64,000 bases of DNA from Anaeramoeba ignava BMAN (Eukaryota > Protista > Anaeramoebae). The translations under genes were made by a program, and so were the position numbers. The stretch's first letter is position 1. The number at the start of each line of letters is the position of its first letter. The notes beneath the pieces were generated by a model. It was not told the origin of the DNA and ran no database searches. It saw only the letters and a program-made list of their open reading frames with translations. The stretch lies in NCBI GenBank assembly GCA_028826165.1, contig JAPDFW010000125.1, forward strand, positions 434,001 through 498,000. The letters are read 5' to 3'. Below, in pieces: positions 23,517 to 38,659 of this stretch.

Positions 23517-25280
23517 TTAATTTTGATTATTAAATTTGTTAATTAATAAATCAAATAAATTTGGATTTGTTTGATTTAATTGAAAATAATCAATTCCAAT
23601 TTTAATTTCATCAATAATTTCTTGTGTAATTTGAATTTCTTCTTTAATTTGATTTGAATAAATCCAATATTCAAATATTTGAAATGATTTATTACTTAAT
23701 TCACTATAATCTGTAACTTTATTAGAAGTATCTTCAGTTACAGATAAAAACATTCCTCGATATAATTCACTTCTCATTATTAATATTAATTTAGGAAATT
23801 TATATTGTTTTTCTTTTCTTTCAATAATAAAATCTTTTTCATTTTCATTTAAATAAATTCTTTTCATTGTTTCTTCAATTTTTTCATTTGAATTTATAAT
23901 TTCTTTAATTTCAGAATATAATATTGGATTTATAATTCTGTTTGAATAAATCATTTCAAATATTTGATTTGATTCTTTAATTGATTTATTTGAAATAATT
24001 TCTTGAAGTTTTTCAATTTCATTTTGAATTTGATTTAATCTATATTTCAATATTAATTTATGAGCTTTGATTATTTCTCCATTTTCTGTTTTAAATGAAA
24101 TATTACAAAATTCTTTTCTTCTAAATAATTTTATCAAATCTTCTTCAAGATTGGAAAAAGAAAGAGAATAATAAATAAATGAATTATTAAATCCACAAGA
24201 AATATGATAATTAGAAATATCTTCATTAAATCTTAATTTAGGAAGTTCAATTTGAATTGGAATTAATTGATAATTTGTATCTTCAGTTCCTAATTGACTA
24301 GAATAATTATATCCAAATCCTATTAATTTTGAATTAGATGTTAAAATCAAAGTATGAGCATTTCCAACAGAAAAATCAAGAATATTATCATCATTTTCAA
24401 ATAAAGATGATTTGATTTCAGTAAATTTTCTTGCATTTTGATTTTTGTCAAGTCCATTATATCTATAATCTCCAGTTGAATAAAGTTTTCTTTTTGGATT
24501 TTGGTTTTCATTTTCATTTTCATTTTCATTTTCAATCAACATTACTGAATGGAAATATCCACATTGAATATCAATTATTTTGCCTTTTGGAATATTTTGG
24601 ATTTTGGTTAATTTATCGATATAGCCTTTTCTTGATTTTGATAATCCAATTTGATTATATTCATTATCACCACATACAAATAATTCTTGATTTGAATTTA
24701 AAAGAAAAACACAAATTGAAGAATTTCCTGAAAATATTTTAGAAACATCTTTCATCATTAAAATTGGTTTTTCTGTTTTTGGAAGTGTTTCAGAATCAAA
24801 ACCAAGTTGACCTAATTGATTTGAACCAATTCCATAAGCATTTTGATTTGAAGTTAATAAGTAAGTTGCATCCCATCCAGAAACAATATCTTGAATTATT
24901 CTATCATTTGGATCTTCAATTAATGATGAAATATTGATAAATTCTTTTGGGTTATTTGAATTAATATCTTTTCCTTTGGCAAATACATTTCCTTCTATTG
25001 TTAAAATAGCTTCATTTTGAAAACCAACAGTTACTTTTTGAATATTTTCTTCAATTTGGATTTTTGAAGGATTTTGATTAAATAAATATTCTATTGCTTT
25101 TCCATTTTCAAAAAGGAAAATTGTTGAAAAATTTGATGTTGAAATTTGTTTAATTTGTTTTTCAATTTCATTTTCATTTTCATTTTCAAATTTAAATTGA
25201 ATTGGTTTTGTTATTTTATCTGATTCATTTTTGATAAGAATTGGATTTTTATTTGAGCCAAAAAATAAAATTTCATTCAT
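23517..25280 (-). CDS. RCC1-repeat plus tandem BTB protein (paralogue B, tandem duplicate)
   Basis: Same architecture; near-identical C-terminal half and same upstream sequence as paralogue A. Confidence 0.92.
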   Translation of the reverse strand: MNEILFFGSNKNPILIKNESDKITKPIQFKFENENENEIEKQIKQISTSNFSTIFLFENGKAIEYLFNQNPSKIQIEENIQKVTVGFQNEAILTIEGNVFAKGKDINSNNPKEFINISSLIEDPNDRIIQDIVSGWDATYLLTSNQNAYGIGSNQLGQLGFDSETLPKTEKPILMMKDVSKIFSGNSSICVFLLNSNQELFVCGDNEYNQIGLSKSRKGYIDKLTKIQNIPKGKIIDIQCGYFHSVMLIENENENENENQNPKRKLYSTGDYRYNGLDKNQNARKFTEIKSSLFENDDNILDFSVGNAHTLILTSNSKLIGFGYNYSSQLGTEDTNYQLIPIQIELPKLRFNEDISNYHISCGFNNSFIYYSLSFSNLEEDLIKLFRRKEFCNISFKTENGEIIKAHKLILKYRLNQIQNEIEKLQEIISNKSIKESNQIFEMIYSNRIINPILYSEIKEIINSNEKIEETMKRIYLNENEKDFIIERKEKQYKFPKLILIMRSELYRGMFLSVTEDTSNKVTDYSELSNKSFQIFEYWIYSNQIKEEIQITQEIIDEIKIGIDYFQLNQTNPNLFDLLINKFNNQN

Positions 25281-25329
25281 TTTTGAAAAGAAAAAAATGA
25301 AAAATGATTTTTTGGATTTTTATTTTTGA

Positions 25330-25802
25330 TTTTTATTTTAATTTTTAATTTAAATTTTGTTTTTAATTTTAATTTTAATTTTAATTTTAAATTATGATTT
25401 TGATTTTGATTTTAATTTTAATTTTAATTTTAATTTTAATTTTAATTTTAATTTTTATTATGATTTTAATTTTGATTTTAATTTTGATTATGATTTTGAT
25501 TTTAATTTTAATTTTAATTTTGATTTTGATTTTGATTTTGATTTTGATTTTAATTTTAATTTTGATTTTGATTTTAATTTTAATTTTAATTTTAATTTTA
25601 ATTTTAATTTTAATTTTAATTTTAATTTTGATTTTAATTTTGATTTTGATTTTAAATTTAATTTTGATTTTAATTTTAATTTTAATTTTGATTTTAATTT
25701 AATTTTTGATTTTGATTTTGATTTTAATTTTGATTTTGATTTTGATTTTGATTTTAATTTTAATTTTAATTTTGATTTGAATTTAGATTTTAATTTTTGA
25801 TT
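25330..25802. repeat. (TTTTAA/TTTTGA)n intergenic microsatellite
   Basis: Read directly. Confidence 0.9.
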
Positions 25803-28800
25803 TTAATTGAGATCTTTGGCATTTTTAATAGTTTCCCAAATTTTATCCTCTTTTTGTTTTAAAAATTCTTTTCTTTTCCTTTCAGTTTCAATTACATTTT
25901 TACGAAGTTCTTGAATTTTTTTATTTGCTGCAATAGTAAGAAGAAATAAGTATTTTTTTCTGATTTTTTCAATTTCAAAAGGTTCACCAGTAATTGGATG
26001 ATTTTCCAAATAAGAAACTGCCATTGAAATTTCTTTTTCTGAAATATCAGGTTTTTTTTCAGGAATGTGCCCAATCATTTCCTTTTGTTGTTTCAAGAGA
26101 TTCATTAAGTAATTTGCAAAAACTCTAAGAATTGGATTGTTTGTTTGATGATCAATAAGCATCATTGCTGAATAAGATTCATCAATTGATTTTTCATCAT
26201 CAAGTCTGAAAATTGTTGAAACTGAACCTCCTGTTGTTCCTAATAATTTCTTAACTGTTGAAGTTGCTCCTGAAAAAACCGTCATGAAAAATTTAATAAA
26301 ATCATAAATTGAAAATGCTGTTCGATTTGTAATTTGTTCTTTATCAACGAAATATTTGTTCATGATCTTTTGAATAAGAATCCCAAAAATGATTTGATAA
26401 ACAAACACAATAGCAAGGAATATAATAATAACAGTGATCACTTTAACAACAAAATCCTTGGAAACAAACCAATAAAGTGCTGGAATCAAAAAAAGAATGA
26501 TGAAAACAATTATCCATACAAAAAGAAATGAGACTAATCCTAACCAAATCTGTAAATTTGTATAAGAAGTAACCAAAACTGTTTTGGCTTGATCAAATTC
26601 ATTAAAAGGTTTTTTCCCTTGTCTTAAAAGCATAATTCTTTTTCGATACAAATTGAAAATTGATCTCCAAAGCAAAAGAAGAATTATAAATGCAATAAAT
26701 GCTGATATTCCTGCAACAACTGAAATGGCATTCATAATTTTATTTACTTGATATCTTGAAAATCGATACATAAAATTTTTGAATGAATTCTCAAGAGGTT
26801 TTTGATCAATAGGACAATAATCTGAAAATTGATTAATTAATTGGATTGCATAAACAGAAACTGTTTCTGGATAATCACTTATATCTGGTCTATCATTAAA
26901 GCAACTACCTTGTTGAAGATCTCCTATGATTTGTTGTCGATATAACTGAATAGATAAACAAGCACTTCGAAAAAGTTTAGTACAAAATAATAACAATAAT
27001 GCAACTAAAATAACCCATAACCAAAATGAAGCAAGTAATCTTTGTGGATAATAAAAATCAAAATAGGTTTCATATTCTTTATGTGGATTTGGTTTTTCTT
27101 TGAATTTTAATTTGATTTTCTTGTATAATTTTTTAAATTGTTTGACAATCCATTTCCAACTTCTTTTCAATTTACTTAGATTTTTTTCTTCTTTTTCTTC
27201 TTTTTCTTCTTCTTCTTTTTCTTCTTTTTCATCATTTTGAATTTGAGAAAATGTACCTAATATATTTTGAGTTCCATATCTTCTTGTTGATCTTCTGAGA
27301 ATGAGTCTAATTTCTGTTTCTGTTAATTGGAATCTGTTTTTCTCTTCTGATTTTTTCTCTGGTTTTTCATTTTGATTTTCATTTTGATTTTCATTTTGAT
27401 TTTCATTTTCATTTTCATTTTCATTTTCATTTTCATTTTCATTTTCAGTTTCATTTTGTGAATCAGTTTCAAGTTCAATTTCATTAAGATTCTGATCCTT
27501 TTCCTTTTTTTTCTCTTCTTTTAAATCATCTTCACTTGTTTCTGAAATGGCAACATTTTTTCCAAGAGTTTTTTCAATTTCCCTCACTTTTAAACTTCGA
27601 ACTCCTCCTATTGGAAGTAATCTTTTGAAAAGAGATGTATAACTTGACATTCTTTCATGAACAAAAACATATCTTTCAATCCAAATGGGAAATTTTGGGA
27701 TAATTCGTGATAATAAAAGAATGAATAAAAGCAAAAGAGCAAAAGAAACAAGAATTCCTTCAAAAAATGATAAAGAGATATATTGTCTTGATTCCACTTT
27801 TTTGGCTTTTGGAATTAATTGAGGAAGAAAACACATTAAAATAATCATTAATGCAAGTGCAACAACAAATGTGACAATATTATGTTTTTTGAGAGAATTC
27901 AGGAAGAAAGGAACTGCAAGAGATAAACAAACAACCCAGAACAGAACTGATTGTTTGAGAGAATCAACAGCTTTTGTTAGTACAACACTATCAGGAGAAG
28001 TTATTAAAAATGTATGATAATCAGATTGTATTCCTAAAATTGAGAAAGAAACTTCTCCTTTCACTTTGTTTTCCTTATTGGTTTGAATTAAACAATCTGA
28101 AGTTCCTGAAATTGAATCAAATTGAATATTTTGGAAATAAGCAAATCCTTCAGAACTAATTGAAATGGAACTTTCAGGAATTGAAACATTGCAGCATTTT
28201 GTAATTATTGTTATTGGGAAATTGATTCCTTCTTGATAACCTTCATTGAAATTAACTGTAATTGTAGCTGAAAATTTATCTCCAATTTGTATATTATCCC
28301 GAAAATCATACACTTGAGAAGTTACACTATCGATTGGATTTTGTAAATAAAAAGGATCACTTGTCATAGTGATATTATTATAAGAAAATTTGATTGTGTA
28401 ATAACCAGAATTCCCAGAAACCATCTTAAGATTAAAAAGAGCGACTCCATTTTTATCAGTTATTGCTGATGTTGTTTCTGGATCTAGAACACCATTTCCT
28501 GCATTTTCCACAATTTCTGCTGATAAAATTTTCCCTTTAACAACATCTGAATAAGCAAAGAGTTGAACCACAACTGATCCCATTACCAATGAACCATCTA
28601 CATTTAATGTTTCTGTAGGAAAAAGGAAAGGAGATCCAATTTGTGATCCATTGATAGGTTGTGATTTAATAAAAATATGAGTTGGAAATCTTATTAACTC
28701 GATATAAAATAACCCGATAAATTCATAATCCACTTCAAAAATCATTGTAATAAATCCTTGATCTCCATATCCTGATGAATTCAAAGAAAACTGAGCAATT

Positions 28801-31800
28801 CCATAATCATTTGTAATTTCATATCCTTGATATTTCCAATTATCTATACTATCATTCCAAGATAAAAGATTCACATATTTGTTTACCATTGGTTGTAATG
28901 TATAGTAATCATAAACCATAATTGTTGGAGAAGTTGGAAAATCTTGATTGATAAACACTTTTTCTGGAAAATTAAAATATTGTAACAAAGGAAATTCTTC
29001 AGTCAAATTAAAATATACAATTTCGTTTCCATAATAACCTTCTTGCCAAACATAAAAACGAGCATATGTTTCTTGTGTATTTCGAATATATTGAAAAGAT
29101 AAATTCCAAGTTACTGTTCCATTTTCATCTGAAGGAGCAACACTTCTCACAACCGCATCATCTACATCATGAGTGTGAACAAAATCAAAAGGCCAAGTCA
29201 GTATAGTATCATCAATCCAAAAAAAACCATAATAACCTTGAACTGGATCCCCAAGATCATCAGTAATTCTCATTGTTGGTTGATGGGTTACTCTATTATA
29301 TCCTGAAGTGAATGATTCTGAAGTATCCCAAGTTACATTTAAATGTAGACTTTGATTAGAGAATTTTAAATTTATAAAAACTTCACTTGTTGCTGGAATT
29401 CCATTCACAAAAATAACTAAATCAAATGGTTCATGTTGAAAATAGCTAATATAATTTGTTTGGTCGTTAATCACAAAATCATCTAAAATTAATTCATCTA
29501 AAAAATCCAAAAAAAAAATTAATAAGAAGAAAAAAATTAAATTAAATTAAATTAAATTAAATTACTATTTCCATCTAAAGTGTAGTTTGATTCAAATAGA
29601 ACATTTGTTAAATTTCGAGCTCGATAACTTGAATTTAATCCAAAAATATCAAAATAAGGATCCCATGCATTCAAAGCAGCTACATGAACTGTTACATCTG
29701 TTCCTGTCAGATTATTTCCAGATACTTTTACTCGAATGGATTCATTTCCAAAAGTTTGGTGTGGAATAAAATAATTATCAACATCAGGAGAATAACTAAT
29801 CTCAACTTCTTCTACATCATTTGCCAATACAAATCGAAAATAATTCCAACATTCAAAATGATTCTGATCAGGGATTCCATATCTTGAAGCAAGTAAATGA
29901 AATCCCCTGTACATTTCCTTTCCAAATATTCTTGTTGAAATTGTTCCAGATCCATTTGAAATTTGCCAATATCCTTCTTCAGGAATAATTAAATATCCAA
30001 GAGCAACATCTATAGTTCCAACAAAAGCAGAAACATAAAAATCCTCTTCGATAATATCTCCATAGAAATCTTGAATAACAATATCCAAGTTCAATATTTC
30101 TCCTGATCTAATCGTTTCGTTCCAATTCAGAATTACAATTTGATTTGGACTTGTTGAGACAAAATTGTTGGTTACATTAACAGCGAGTAAGTCTGAAATA
30201 TAATCATCAACCCACACATCATAAATTTGTTCTGACAAACCTTCAGCAAGTCCCATTTCTGCAAAGTCTAGATAAATTAAAGCAAATCCATTTTGATCAG
30301 TTTGAAAATAGGAAGGATTGAAGGTAAAATTTGAGATTTCGAAATTGATGAATTTATTAGCGATTCCTTTCCCTAATTCATCTTGAACTTGAATAACAGG
30401 CCAAGAATCTGCATTCATCTGTGAATTGTCGAGGATCGTTAGATTTGTCATGCCATTTGTCCAAACAATTTTCGAAATGGATGAATTAACTTGAATATCA
30501 TCAGTTACAACAGAAAATCCATCACAAATGAATTTGATTTGAGATTCACAAAATGAATATGTAGAACCGGAAATCGAAAACTTGAGATCTGTGAAAACGG
30601 CACTAAAAAAAAAAAATTTAAAATCAATTCCAAAACAAAAAACAAAGATAAAAATGATTTTTTTGGATTTTTCTTACTTTCCTGATTCATCTGTAAAAAC
30701 CAAAGAGTTATAAAGTGATTTTGAATTAATAAAGGGTTCTTGATCTTCTGAAATATCAGTGTTACAATCTTTTGAAAGTTTAGCAAAAACAGGTTTATTT
30801 GAAATTGGAAAATCATTTTCATCTTTAACAGAAATAATCCATGGTGTTGAAAACTTTTCACCTTCTTTAACAGAAAAAGATCCATTTTGAGAAATTTCAA
30901 AACTTTTCACTATTTTCAAAATTTGAATAAGAAGAAAAACAAAACAAGTGAACAAAAAACAAAGAAAGAAAATTGAATTAACAAATCAAACCTTTTGTTG
31001 TGAAATTAAGTTCAAAATATCCTTCAACATTATTTCCCAAAGGATCTTCATAAGATAATTGAACTCCTTGAGCAAATGATGTAAATATCATTTGTGTTGA
31101 AGTTGATCCAAGAAATTTGATAATGTTATTCGCCAATCCATTTTCATCAAAAGAATAATCAACTAATTCATAAACAGCTATTTCAAAAAATTAAAATCAA
31201 AATTAAAATCAAAATCAAAATTAAAATTTATTTTTACCATAAGCTTCATATTCTGCATAAACTAAAGAACGATTTCCTGGAACAAATGAAAATCTTACTC
31301 CTTCTAATTCTGAATCCGAAAATTCCTCTTTGTTACTAATATTCATAACCAATAAAATCTCTTCTCCATAATCAAAAGTTCCTTTGTTTATTGAATCATT
31401 ATTGAGTAGATAAAAATTTTGGACTAAAATAAAAGAAAAAGAAAAAGAAAAAGAAAAATAAGTATTTGATTGTGAAAATAAGAAGGATATTTCTTACTTT
31501 TTGATTTCATTGTAACTGGAAATTCAATTTCTGTGGCTTTTGAGTCATATCCCAAATTAATTTTCCGATCTATTAGAAATTGAAAAAGAAAGAATTTTAA
31601 TAAGTGAAAAAAGAATATTTATTTAAATTTATTATTCTTACTTGGACCTGATAAATCTAATTCATTTTTCCAATTACAATTTGAAGAAAAAGTTAATTTC
31701 ACTGTATTACTTGAACCTGAAATGATTGAAATATCTGAAAACTTCACAATTCCATCTTGATCTGAATATTGAGTTAAACCTCCAAATAATTGAGGATCTG

Positions 31801-32358
31801 ATTTAATTTTTTCTCTTAATTCCAATAAAGTGAAATCAGATTCTTTTTCAACTGAATCAAAAGAAGAAGCTTGAACAGAAACTGCACAATCAAAAATTCC
31901 ATCTGATTTAAAATTTTTGAAAACTCTAAACTATTATCAAAAAGAATAAAACAAAAAAAATAAATTAAAAAAACCAAAGAATAAACAAAAAGTAAAAAAA
32001 GAAATGATTTTACTTCAGCAGAGATTGGTTGTCCATAAAAAACTTCAGTTTCATTTGGGAATTTGAAGAAAGCTAGACTAAAATCCAATTAAATAAAAAA
32101 GTTAAACAGATGAAAAAAGAAAAAAGCTAAAAAAAAATTTTTTGCTTCCTCTTACTTTGTTCCTATTTTATCTTCCCTTAAATCTAATCCTTCAAGTAAA
32201 TATCTGATTGCAATACCAAAAGTAAAAATGAAAAAGCTTGCAAGAAAAAGAATAGTCATTGTGCGCCAAATAACATCATCTCCAACAAAATCAAGAAATT
32301 GAGGTTTCCCAATCCATTTAAACACTTTTTTCCAGAATTTAGAACATTTGTTTTTCAT
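25803..32358 (-). CDS. Large multi-exon membrane protein: N-terminal TM, long beta-rich (Ig-like) ectodomain, C-terminal STRA6/RBP-receptor-like multi-TM domain
   Basis: Minus-strand ORFs from 32358 to 25803 are separated by about 8 short GT-AG introns. Recurring 'TD.NG.A.F' beta-sandwich motifs. C-terminal YRKRIMLLRQG, TNRTAF..F.FF..VFSG, RLD, NNPILRVF and RKKYLFLLTIAAN...RK resemble STRA6-family motifs. Exact exon boundaries not all resolved. Confidence 0.65.
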
Positions 32359-32924
32359 CTTTCTTGAAAAAAAAAATAAGAAAAAGCTTTAAAAAAAAAG
32401 ATAGAAAACAAGAGATAAATGATTCCATTTTTTCTCTTCCTCCGAATTTCTTTTAAGCTTTTTTTTGCCCACAATTAAATTTTTATTTATTTATTTTTTT
32501 TTTTTTTTCTTGATCAAAAAAAATTATGTCTACTTTTCATTTCTTCCAAGAAAAAACACAACTTTATTAAATCCTTTTTATATTTTTCTTTAATTTTCTA
32601 TTCAAGTTCTTTTTAAAAATGAAAATATCTACTTTCTTTTTATTTTAAACAATTTAAAATAAAATTAAAAAAATCAATTCTTTTTAATTGAATTCGTTGA
32701 AAATCTTTGAAAAGAAGTAAATTTTTTTTTATTTATTCTTGAACTATTCTTTCTTTTTCTAAATTTAATTTATTCAAAAAAAAATTGTCTTCTTTTTTTT
32801 TTAACAAAATAAATAAACTTTTTTTCCTTTTTAGAAACAAAACCTTTTTCCTTTTTCAAACAAAACTTTTTTTTGCTATTTTCAAAAATTATCTTTCATT
32901 CCATTGTTTTTTGATTTAAATCAA

Positions 32925-33870
32925 TTTATTAATATTTTTAATCAATAAAATAATAATTTCTAATTACTAAATTTTCAATTCTAATAATTAATTTTATTTA
33001 TTTAGAATTATTTAAATAAATTTATTAATAAATTATTTTTAATTTCATATTTAAATTTAGATAAAATTTATATTAATATTTTTGATCAATAAAATAATAA
33101 TTTCTAATTAATAAATTTTCAATTCTAATAATTAATTTTATTTATTTAGAATTATTTAAATAAATTTATTAATAAATTATTTTTAATTATTTATTTAAAT
33201 TTAGATAAAATTTTTTATTAATATTTTTAATTAATCAGCAAATAATAATTTCTAATAATTAATTTTATTTAATAAATTTTAAATTTTAATAAAATTTTAA
33301 TTTTATTTATTTAGATAAATTATTTAAATATTTTTATTAAAATAAATTTTATTTTAAATTTTCAATTTTTTTATTTAATTTTTTGATTTAAAATTTTTAT
33401 TAATATTTTTGATTAATAAAATAATTTATTAATTTTTATTTAATAAATTTTCAATTACTAAATTTTTTTAATAATTGATTTTATTTATTTTAGAATAATT
33501 TAAATAAATTTATTAATAAATTATTTTTAATTTCATATTTAAATTTTAGATAAAATTTATATTAATATTTTTAATTAATAAAATAATAAATAAATTTCTT
33601 TTTAATAAATTTTATTCAAATTTTAATAATTGATTTTATTTATTTATATTAATTATTTTTAAATAAAAAATTTATTAATAAATTATTTTTAATTTTTTTT
33701 ATTTAAATTTTGATAAAATTTTTAATTTTTTTTTTAATATTTTTGATTAATAAAATAATAATTTCTATTTAATAAATTTTCAATTTTAATAATTGATTTT
33801 ATTTGTTTAGAATAATTTAAATAAAATTTATTTTTAATAATAAAATAAATTTTTAATTTTCAATTTTAAA
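32925..33870. repeat. Degenerate tandem repeat of about 145-180 bp (roughly 6 copies) in a divergent intergenic region
   Basis: TTAATATTTTT(G/A)AT.AATAAAATAAT recurs near 32929, 33073, 33218, 33400, 33562 and 33735. Confidence 0.75.
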
Positions 33871-33917
33871 ATTAATTTTTCATTTTTTTATTTTTCTTCT
33901 TTTTCTTTTTATTTTTA

Positions 33918-35782
<1,865 letters not shown>

Positions 35783-35998
35783 GGAAAAAAAGTAAAAAAG
35801 GAATAAGAAAAAAGGAATAAGAATAAAATTTAATTTTTGATTTTAAATTGATTTATAAATGAAATTAATTAGAAAAATGAATAAATTTATTAAAAAGAAA
35901 AAAAATAAAAAATTAAAAAAAATTAAAAAAAAAGATAAATAAATAAATTAAATTATCAAAAAAAAAATTGAAAGAAAAAAAAAAATATAAATTAAAAA

Positions 35999-36071
35999 GG
36001 TCCTATAGTGTAATGGATATCACGTTAGACTTCTAATCTAAATGTTGTGGGTTCGAGTCCCACTAGGATCA
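35999..36071 (+). tRNA. trnR-UCU: tRNA-Arg(UCU), 73 nt, no intron
   Basis: Acceptor stem GGTCCTA/TAGGATC, D-loop with TGG, anticodon stem TTAGA-CTTCTAA-TCTAA, T-arm GTGGG-TTCGAGT-CCCAC. Confidence 0.95.
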
Positions 36072-38298
36072 TTTACTTTTTATTATTTTTTTTTATTTTA
36101 TTTTTTTTTTTTAAATTTATAAAATATTTTAAAAAATATAAAATAAATTTAAATCTAAACCTTAAACCTAAATAAACTTATTTTCAAATTTTATATTTTA
36201 TTAATAAATAAATTTTTATTCCACTTTTTTTTTGAAATTAAAAATAAATAATTTAAAATATAATTAAATAATAAATAGGAATAAAATTAATTTATTTTAT
36301 TTATAAATAAATTGATTATTTATTTAAATATATTTAAAATAAATTAAAATAATTTATATTTTATTTATAAATTGATTTTTATTCCACTTTTTTTTTAAAA
36401 TAAAAAATAAATAATTTAGAATATAATTAAATAATAAATAGTAATAAAATTAATTTATTCCATTTATAAATAAATTGATTATTTATTCCAATATATTTAA
36501 AATAAATTAAAATAATTAATATTTTATTTTTATAAATAAATTTTTATTCCACTTTTTGAAATATAAAAATAAATAATTTAAAATATAATTAAATAATAAA
36601 TAATAATAAAATTAATTTATTCTATTTATAAATAAATTGATTATTTATTTAATTATATTTAAAATAAATTAAAATAATTAATATTTTATTAATAAATTAA
36701 TTTTTATTCCACTTTTTAAAATTAAAAATAAATAATTTAGAATATAATTAAGTAATAAATAGGAATAAAAATAATTTATTCTATTTATAAATAAATTGAT
36801 TATTTATTTAATTATATTTAAAATAAATTAAAATAATTAATATTTTATTTATAAATAAATTTTTATTCCACTTTTTAAAATAAAAATAAATAATTTAGAA
36901 TATAATTAAATAATAAATAGTAATAAAATTAATTTATTCTATTTATAAATAAATTGATTATTTATTTAATTATATTTAAAATAAATTAAAATAAATTAAT
37001 ATTTTATTTATAAATTAATTTTTATTCCACTTTTTAAAATGAAAAATAAATAATTTAAAATATAGAATTAAATAATAAATAGTAATAAAATTAATTTATT
37101 CTATTTATAAATAAATTAATTATTTATTTTATTATATATTTAAAATAAATTAAAATAATTAATATTTTATTTATAAATAAATTTTTATTCCACTTTTTAA
37201 AATAAAAATAAATAATTTAAAATAGAATTAAATAATAAAAAATAGGAATAAAATTAATTTATTTTTTTATTTATAAATAAATTGATTATTTATTTAATTA
37301 TATTTAAAATAAATTAAAATAAATTAATATTTTATTTATAAATTAATTTTTATTCCACTTTTTAAAATAAAAATAAATAATTTTAAATATAATTAAATAA
37401 TAAATTGTAATAAAATTAATTTATTATTCTATTTATAAATAAATTAATTATTTATTTAATTATATTTAAAATAAATTAAAATGATTAATATTTTATTTAT
37501 AAATTAATTTTTATTCCACTTTTTGAAAATAAAAATAAATAATTTAAAATATAATTAAATAATAAATAGTAATAAAATTAATTTATCCTATTTATAAATA
37601 AATTGATTATTTATTCAATATATTTAAAATAAATTAAAATAAATTATTTTTATTAATAAATTAATTTTTATTCCACTTTTTAAATAAAAATAAATAATTT
37701 AAAATATAATTAAATAATGAAAATAGTAATAAAAATAATTTATTCTATTTATAAATAAATTATTTATTTATTTAATTATATTTAAAATAAATTAAAAATA
37801 ATTAATATTTTTTATTTATAAATTAATTTTTATTCCACTTTTTAAAATGAAAAATAAACAATTTTAAAATATAATTAAATAATAAATAGTAATAAAATTA
37901 ATTTATTCTATTTATAAATAAATTGATTATTTATTTTAATTATATTTAAAATAAATTAAAATAATTTATATTTTATTAATAAATTAATTTTTATTCCACT
38001 TTTTAAAATAAAAAATAAATAATTTAAAATATAATTTAATAATAAATTGTAATAAAATTAATTTATTCCATTTATAAATAAACTGATTATTTATTTAATT
38101 ATATTTAAAATAAATTAAAATAAATTATTTTTCGAAATAAAAAAAAGTGGAATAAAAATTAATTTATAAATAAAATATAAAATTTGAAATTAAGTTTATT
38201 TAGGTTTAAGGTTTAGATTTAAATTTATTTTATATTTTTTAAAACATTTTATAAATTTAAAAAAAAAAAATAAAATAAAAAAAATAATAAAAAGTAAA

Positions 38299-38371
38299 TG
38301 ATCCTAGTGGGACTCGAACCCACAACATTTAGATTAGAAGTCTAACGTGATATCCATTACACTATAGGACC
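38299..38371 (-). tRNA. trnR-UCU: tRNA-Arg(UCU), identical inverted copy
   Basis: Exact reverse complement of 35999-36071. Confidence 0.95.
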
Positions 38372-38659
38372 TTTTTAATTTATATTTTTTTTTTTCTTTC
38401 AATTTTTTTTTTTGATAATTTAATTTATTTATTTATCTTTTTTTTTTTTTAATTTTTTTTTTTATTTTTATTTTTTTTCTTTTTAATAAATTTATTCATT
38501 TTTTCTAATTAATTTCATTTATAAATCAATTTAAAATCAAAAATTAAATTTTATTCTTATTCCTTTTTTCTTATTCTTCTTTTACTTTTATTCTTCAATT
38601 TTGAATTTTGAATTAATAAAAAAAAATCCACTTTTTTTTTTTAAAAAAGAAAATAAAAA

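Noticed and set aside
36200-38140. CRISPR-like array
   Set aside because: The sequence between the conserved cores is itself repeated, not unique spacers; eukaryotic context with no cas genes.
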